The notes under the pieces were generated by a model. That model was given only the letters and a program-made list of their open reading frames with translations, was not told the DNA's origin and searched no databases. From an uncultured virus (IMG/VR IMGVR_UViG_3300017992_000735) (taxonomy: Duplodnaviria; Heunggongvirae; Uroviricota; Caudoviricetes), in the IMG/VR virus record IMGVR_UViG_3300017992_000735: DNA of 20,000 nt; one strand, written 5' to 3'. How positions within the stretch are numbered: the stretch's first letter is position 1; each line of letters starts with the position of its first letter. The translations under genes were made by a program, and so were the position numbers. Below, in pieces: positions 16,507-20,000 of this stretch.

Positions 16507-17258
16507 TTTATGTACTCCACCCCACCAAACACGTCATCTCGCATGTACTCATAAATCTCCGGAGCTCGCTTCTGTAAGGTCTTCGGGGCGCTTGTATACA
16601 TTTGGTAGCTTTCGGCAAATAACTCCTTGTGATCTTTCTGAGAGTATCGGGAAGGAAATCCCTTCCTCGGACCTCCTGCCTTTGTCGCTTCCGCCCGTAG
16701 TGCACTGGGGTGTATTCCGACTCGACCTTTCTTCTCCCTATAGAACTTTCCAAAATCTTCAACGTAACGCCGGTCTCCATACTGTGAGTTATGATTTTGA
16801 ACCACGTGACCAATCTCATGCACCACAGTGGCCTTATGCCAAATCCGCCTATTATGAGCTCCATAAGTCTCACTATTTAGCTCGATGTAGTTCCCTCTGC
16901 ACCGTCCCTCTGCTCCAGGGATATGGCGTTTCTCAATCCCATAGACCTTGTCTAGGTGCTCCTGGGGGAGATTGGCTACAGCACGCCTTATCACTCCTTT
17001 GTCTTTTTCAGTTAAAGAGGAGTGCAAACGGTCTTCATGCATAGCCGAATCCGTTGGGGGAGTGTGACCCTTGGCAGCAATCCTCTTAGCTGCTGCTTGA
17101 CGCTTTCTCCAGTCCTTGCCTGTTCGTCTAGACATAGCTCTAGAGCGCGGGAGGGACCCACCTCTTTTTCCTTTTCTGCCTGCGTGTCCCCAATTCCCAG
17201 ATCCGGGGCCACCGAGTTCTATGTAGTTGTCTATGATCTGGATAGCAATGTCTGTCAA
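16503..17258 (-). CDS. GGPGSG-tagged zincin metallopeptidase
   Basis: Tag at 17148-17213; HEIGH plus SRYS...ELFAES. Confidence 0.8.
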   Translation of the reverse strand: MTDIAIQIIDNYIELGGPGSGNWGHAGRKGKRGGSLPRSRAMSRRTGKDWRKRQAAAKRIAAKGHTPPTDSAMHEDRLHSSLTEKDKGVIRRAVANLPQEHLDKVYGIEKRHIPGAEGRCRGNYIELNSETYGAHNRRIWHKATVVHEIGHVVQNHNSQYGDRRYVEDFGKFYREKKGRVGIHPSALRAEATKAGGPRKGFPSRYSQKDHKELFAESYQMYTSAPKTLQKRAPEIYEYMRDDVFGGVEYIK

Positions 17259-18187
17259 ATGGTGACTCCTAACAGGTCCGTGACGTTGGCGATCCGGTTG
17301 AATAGGGTAGTCGACTCAGATCCAGCAAACAACAAACCAACCACTTCGCGGTCGCCGGTTAGAACAGCCGAACCGCTGTCTCCGCCCTCGCACATGTAGC
17401 CAGCCATAACTTGATCGGTGAAAGTGGCCATTTGATAGCCGTACAAAACGTTGGCCGTCACGTCAATTTGCTCGATAGTTCCGTGGGTAAGGCCAGTTGT
17501 GCGGCCACTCTTCTGAATACTCATGCCGAGTTCGGCTTCGGCTACTCCAGCGGGTTCGCCGATTTCGAGGATCTCGGGGGTGACGAGGTCAGATGACAGT
17601 GGAGTGGCTAGGGCGGCGTCTACGAGGTTCTCCGAGTTGTTGACTCCTCGGAGGCGGTAGCGAGACTTCATGGCTCGGGCAATCAAGTTCCCGGCACCGA
17701 TGATTCCATCCAAAATGGGACAACTGAACTCAACCGGAACAAACCGGTAAAGCGTAGCGATGAGGTCATCAACCGTTCCGCCGTCGTGGGGACCGGGCTG
17801 GACGATGTAGTCTCCTGGTTCTCCCGCGTTCGAGTTGGCCAAGACGTGGTTGTTGCTCAAAATATACCCTTCGGAGGTGAGGCAACCAAGTGTTCCAGCC
17901 GTGATGTCGACGTGACCAATAGACACTCCACCAGGAGCGGGGCGGTGCTTGCTCGTTCGCATCGCTCTCAAGACACCAACTTCCTGGACGTCTGTTTTGA
18001 TTCCATTGAGGTACTTGGGGACAGGTTCTACGGGGTTTGTTTGTTTCTGGACTACGGAGACGATGACAGCTAGGTCGTCGGTCCGCTCTCCTCCGACTCT
18101 CTTGTAGCCAACTCCTACAGCCACGACGTTCTTTTTGGCTAGTAAGTGGCTAGCGTATGCGGACTTGATAGATCTTACTTCGTTCAT
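17255..18187 (-). CDS. Trypsin-like (Nal1-like) serine protease
   Basis: Start likely ATG 18187 (AAAGGAG RBS). APGGVSIGH..TAGTLG, SNNHVLAN (His), VDAAL (Asp), KSGRTTG, GDSGS (Ser). Confidence 0.88.
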   Translation of the reverse strand: MNEVRSIKSAYASHLLAKKNVVAVGVGYKRVGGERTDDLAVIVSVVQKQTNPVEPVPKYLNGIKTDVQEVGVLRAMRTSKHRPAPGGVSIGHVDITAGTLGCLTSEGYILSNNHVLANSNAGEPGDYIVQPGPHDGGTVDDLIATLYRFVPVEFSCPILDGIIGAGNLIARAMKSRYRLRGVNNSENLVDAALATPLSSDLVTPEILEIGEPAGVAEAELGMSIQKSGRTTGLTHGTIEQIDVTANVLYGYQMATFTDQVMAGYMCEGGDSGSAVLTGDREVVGLLFAGSESTTLFNRIANVTDLLGVTI

Positions 18188-18321
18188 TTTTTCTCCTTTA
18201 CACAAGATGGGCAAGTAAATTCAATGACGGTCGTCCAGACTTTAGGTTTAGCGACTCTAGTAAACCACCCGTATGGCTTGGTAAACCAGCCTTTGCATTT
18301 CTTACACTTGTAGTAGATCAC
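18184..18321 (-). CDS. Small zinc-ribbon protein (45 aa)
   Basis: MIYYKCKKCKGWF...EFTCPSCVKEKK has two CxxC pairs; 4-nt overlaps with both neighbours. Confidence 0.65.
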   Translation of the reverse strand: MIYYKCKKCKGWFTKPYGWFTRVAKPKVWTTVIEFTCPSCVKEKK

Positions 18322-18443
18322 TTCTTCTCTCTAATGAAAGGTGGCTTTAAGTTCTTAACTATAGCTTGTCTCCAAGCTTCCTTCTCGTTAGACGCTTTTA
18401 TTTCGTAATTGTCAGTTGAGCCGATGACAGTGTATGTCTTCAT
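18318..18443 (-). CDS. Small hypothetical protein (41 aa)
   Basis: MKTYTVIGSTDNYEIKASNEKEAWRQAIVKNLKPPFIREKK; ATGA/GTGA coupling to neighbours. Confidence 0.55.
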   Translation of the reverse strand: MKTYTVIGSTDNYEIKASNEKEAWRQAIVKNLKPPFIREKK

Positions 18444-18742
18444 AGTAAGTTTATTAAGTATAGAGATAAGATGTGGAAGATTTGATCGTCCGTGGGACCA
18501 ACGCCCTCATACTGGTCAATAAACTTGGGCCAAAGCTTCTTAAACTGAAACCAATCAATGATGAAGTGAGAAGCAAAAGCCAACGAAAGCTGGAGTAGGT
18601 TCCAACTTGTAAACAGGAAGACAAACGTCGTTACAATGAAACAGTGCAAACACATACCCCAGATGTGCTGTCGCTTTATGGTGGCTAACCATTTGTTTTG
18701 GAATAAAACATCTCCAACTAGGTGGCCTATAATGTAGTTCAT
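18440..18742 (-). CDS. DUF3307-like membrane protein
   Basis: GHLVGDVLFQ..LH..SHFIID..DQIFH motif series with hydrophobic helices. Confidence 0.7.
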   Translation of the reverse strand: MNYIIGHLVGDVLFQNKWLATIKRQHIWGMCLHCFIVTTFVFLFTSWNLLQLSLAFASHFIIDWFQFKKLWPKFIDQYEGVGPTDDQIFHILSLYLINLL

Positions 18743-18897
18743 CTATCCTCGCTTAAGAAGTCCTTTTCTACAACCACATTGTCCTTTGCAGTTGTAGGAA
18801 CAGGTGGGTAGGGTTCGTGACGGACTAAGTAAGTGGGCGGCTTACTGCAGGTTAAGCACCAATCATCCGAGTGTGTTGGGTGTAGTTCGTTAGTCAT
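18739..18897 (-). CDS. Small hypothetical protein (52 aa)
   Basis: MTNELHPTHSDDWCLTCSKPP...; ATGA overlap with the next gene. Confidence 0.4.
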   Translation of the reverse strand: MTNELHPTHSDDWCLTCSKPPTYLVRHEPYPPVPTTAKDNVVVEKDFLSEDR

Positions 18898-19181
18898 AAT
18901 TTATGTAAGGTCCTATTCTGGGGATGGGTTTTATAAAAAAGTTAGGTGACATTGCCCGCAGCGCCTTCGCGTTTGGTTTTAATTTTTTCCAACTCCTGCC
19001 TACCCACTGTCATCCTTTACAATCTTTACACCTACCTGGCCTAAACGCCCCATAAACTGCATATTTGTTGACATAACATACATAGTCTGAACATGTATAT
19101 GTTTGTTCTACGCCTCAGCGCCCATACATAACACCAGAGTTATCCGGGGCGGGGGCCAGAGGGGTGGTGGGTGACCTTCTG

Positions 19182-19463
19182 TTACCTCCCACAGCAGTAT
19201 CTCCTCAACCCTTTGAGCTTTTTAAGCCTCCTTTCTGTCTTCTTATAACTATCACGGCTCAACCTCATCTCCTCCCTATACTTCTCCATCCTCACCTTAG
19301 CCTCCTCTCTAGCTGCGTACATTGTGCTTGGAGGATATCTACTTAATGCCTCACCTTTCCGCCGAAGTAGAACTTCAGTAGATTCCACAGCTTTGTCCAA
19401 CCAGCTACACACCGCCACCCACGCACTCACTATGAGAGCTGTCAAAGCAATCGCTACTTCCAC
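19182..19463 (-). CDS. Hypothetical protein, N-terminal transmembrane segment plus basic coiled coil
   Basis: 93 aa; overlaps the upstream gene end. Confidence 0.5.
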   Translation of the reverse strand: MEVAIALTALIVSAWVAVCSWLDKAVESTEVLLRRKGEALSRYPPSTMYAAREEAKVRMEKYREEMRLSRDSYKKTERRLKKLKGLRRYCCGR

Positions 19464-19972
19464 TCCACATCCCTTACATAGACCAGCTTTATGTACTTAT
19501 CCCCATATGCCCACCTAGCTAGTCTCTTCTCCTCTAGTAGGTGCATGAGTGTTCTGTGTGATTCTGTAGCACCTACCTCCAGGGGAGCTTGGCCAGGAGG
19601 TAGCTCTTCCTCTACTACCTTACCTGTGTGCAGTGTTTGTCCTAGCACTATTGGCTCAGTCCACACCAGCTCGCCGTCTGTATTATGTCCTCTGCCTTTC
19701 ATTGGAATAAACGTAGCTTTAAATGAGTACGGTAGGTTGTTTAGTGCTTTGTTGTTTGCTTCTATGTATTTGTTGCCCTTTGGTATTCGGCCTACATAGA
19801 TCTTTATATACAGAATAGCCCCTAAGCATAAACCAGTATGTAACCAGGAGTACACATACGTATCGTAGATAGACGGAAGGGGGTTATTCGCCCCATAACC
19901 TTGTGCTACAAAATCCATCCACTTCGGTTCATACTCTGCACCTGCCAGAGTAGGCCCCCATTGAGGTCTCAT
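19454..19972 (-). CDS. Hypothetical protein
   Basis: 172-aa ORF, co-oriented with the cluster; no motif recognised. Confidence 0.55.
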   Translation of the reverse strand: MRPQWGPTLAGAEYEPKWMDFVAQGYGANNPLPSIYDTYVYSWLHTGLCLGAILYIKIYVGRIPKGNKYIEANNKALNNLPYSFKATFIPMKGRGHNTDGELVWTEPIVLGQTLHTGKVVEEELPPGQAPLEVGATESHRTLMHLLEEKRLARWAYGDKYIKLVYVRDVEWK

Positions 19973-20000
19973 ATGAAAGGTACAAGGAGATTGCGAGGGC

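Noticed and set aside
5388..17213. GGPGSG repeats as a CRISPR array or DNA-level repeat element
   Set aside because: Copies are kilobases apart, in frame within genes and vary at synonymous positions, so they are conserved as peptide.
4516..18742. Genome-wide reassignment of TGA to an amino acid
   Set aside because: TGA ends many genes here (4516, 4758, 11921, 14066, 16246, 17255, 18440), often with ATGA/GTGA coupling. Only the MuF TGA interrupts a conserved motif.
686..19799. Plus-strand ORFs in the track (e.g. 7911-8426, 13347-13874, 15384-15614, 16286-17044)
   Set aside because: They are antisense to well-supported minus-strand genes and have no motifs. The shared KTKPPTLQKFYK peptide only reflects the 95-bp repeat.
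1..20000. tRNA, rRNA, integrase or transposase
   Set aside because: None recognised by eye. tRNAscan-SE was not run, and prophage versus free phage cannot be decided from this window.

Overview
Head-morphogenesis region of a tailed dsDNA phage or prophage, almost entirely on the minus strand. In transcription order (right to left): small hypothetical genes, a Nal1-like trypsin serine protease, an accessory cluster, terminase large subunit, a Vsr/DUF559-type endonuclease, portal, a calcineurin-like phosphoesterase, MuF (SPP1 gp7-like) head protein, prohead protease-scaffold and major capsid protein. A partial HNH endonuclease lies convergently on the plus strand. Four things stand out. (1) Six copies of a ~22-aa tag, GGPGSG[HN][WH]GHxGRKG[KR]RGGS[AL]P, occur in five genes, each in front of an effector-like domain (2 zincin metallopeptidases, 3 ADP-ribosyltransferase-like domains, 1 unknown). 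This suggests a tagged, protease-processed, head-packaged effector system, with a family of four small partner proteins nearby. (2) A single in-frame TGA sits at the first Cys position of the MuF HP..CRC motif. It is followed by a SECIS-like hairpin, and reading through it fuses MuF to a tagged metallopeptidase (candidate selenocysteine or readthrough). (3) A compact 242-nt group I intron (662-903) interrupts the capsid gene. (4) A duplicated small gene supplies, at its 3' end, the TTG start codon of the next gene in both copies. Functional calls rest on motifs read by eye; no database searches were run.
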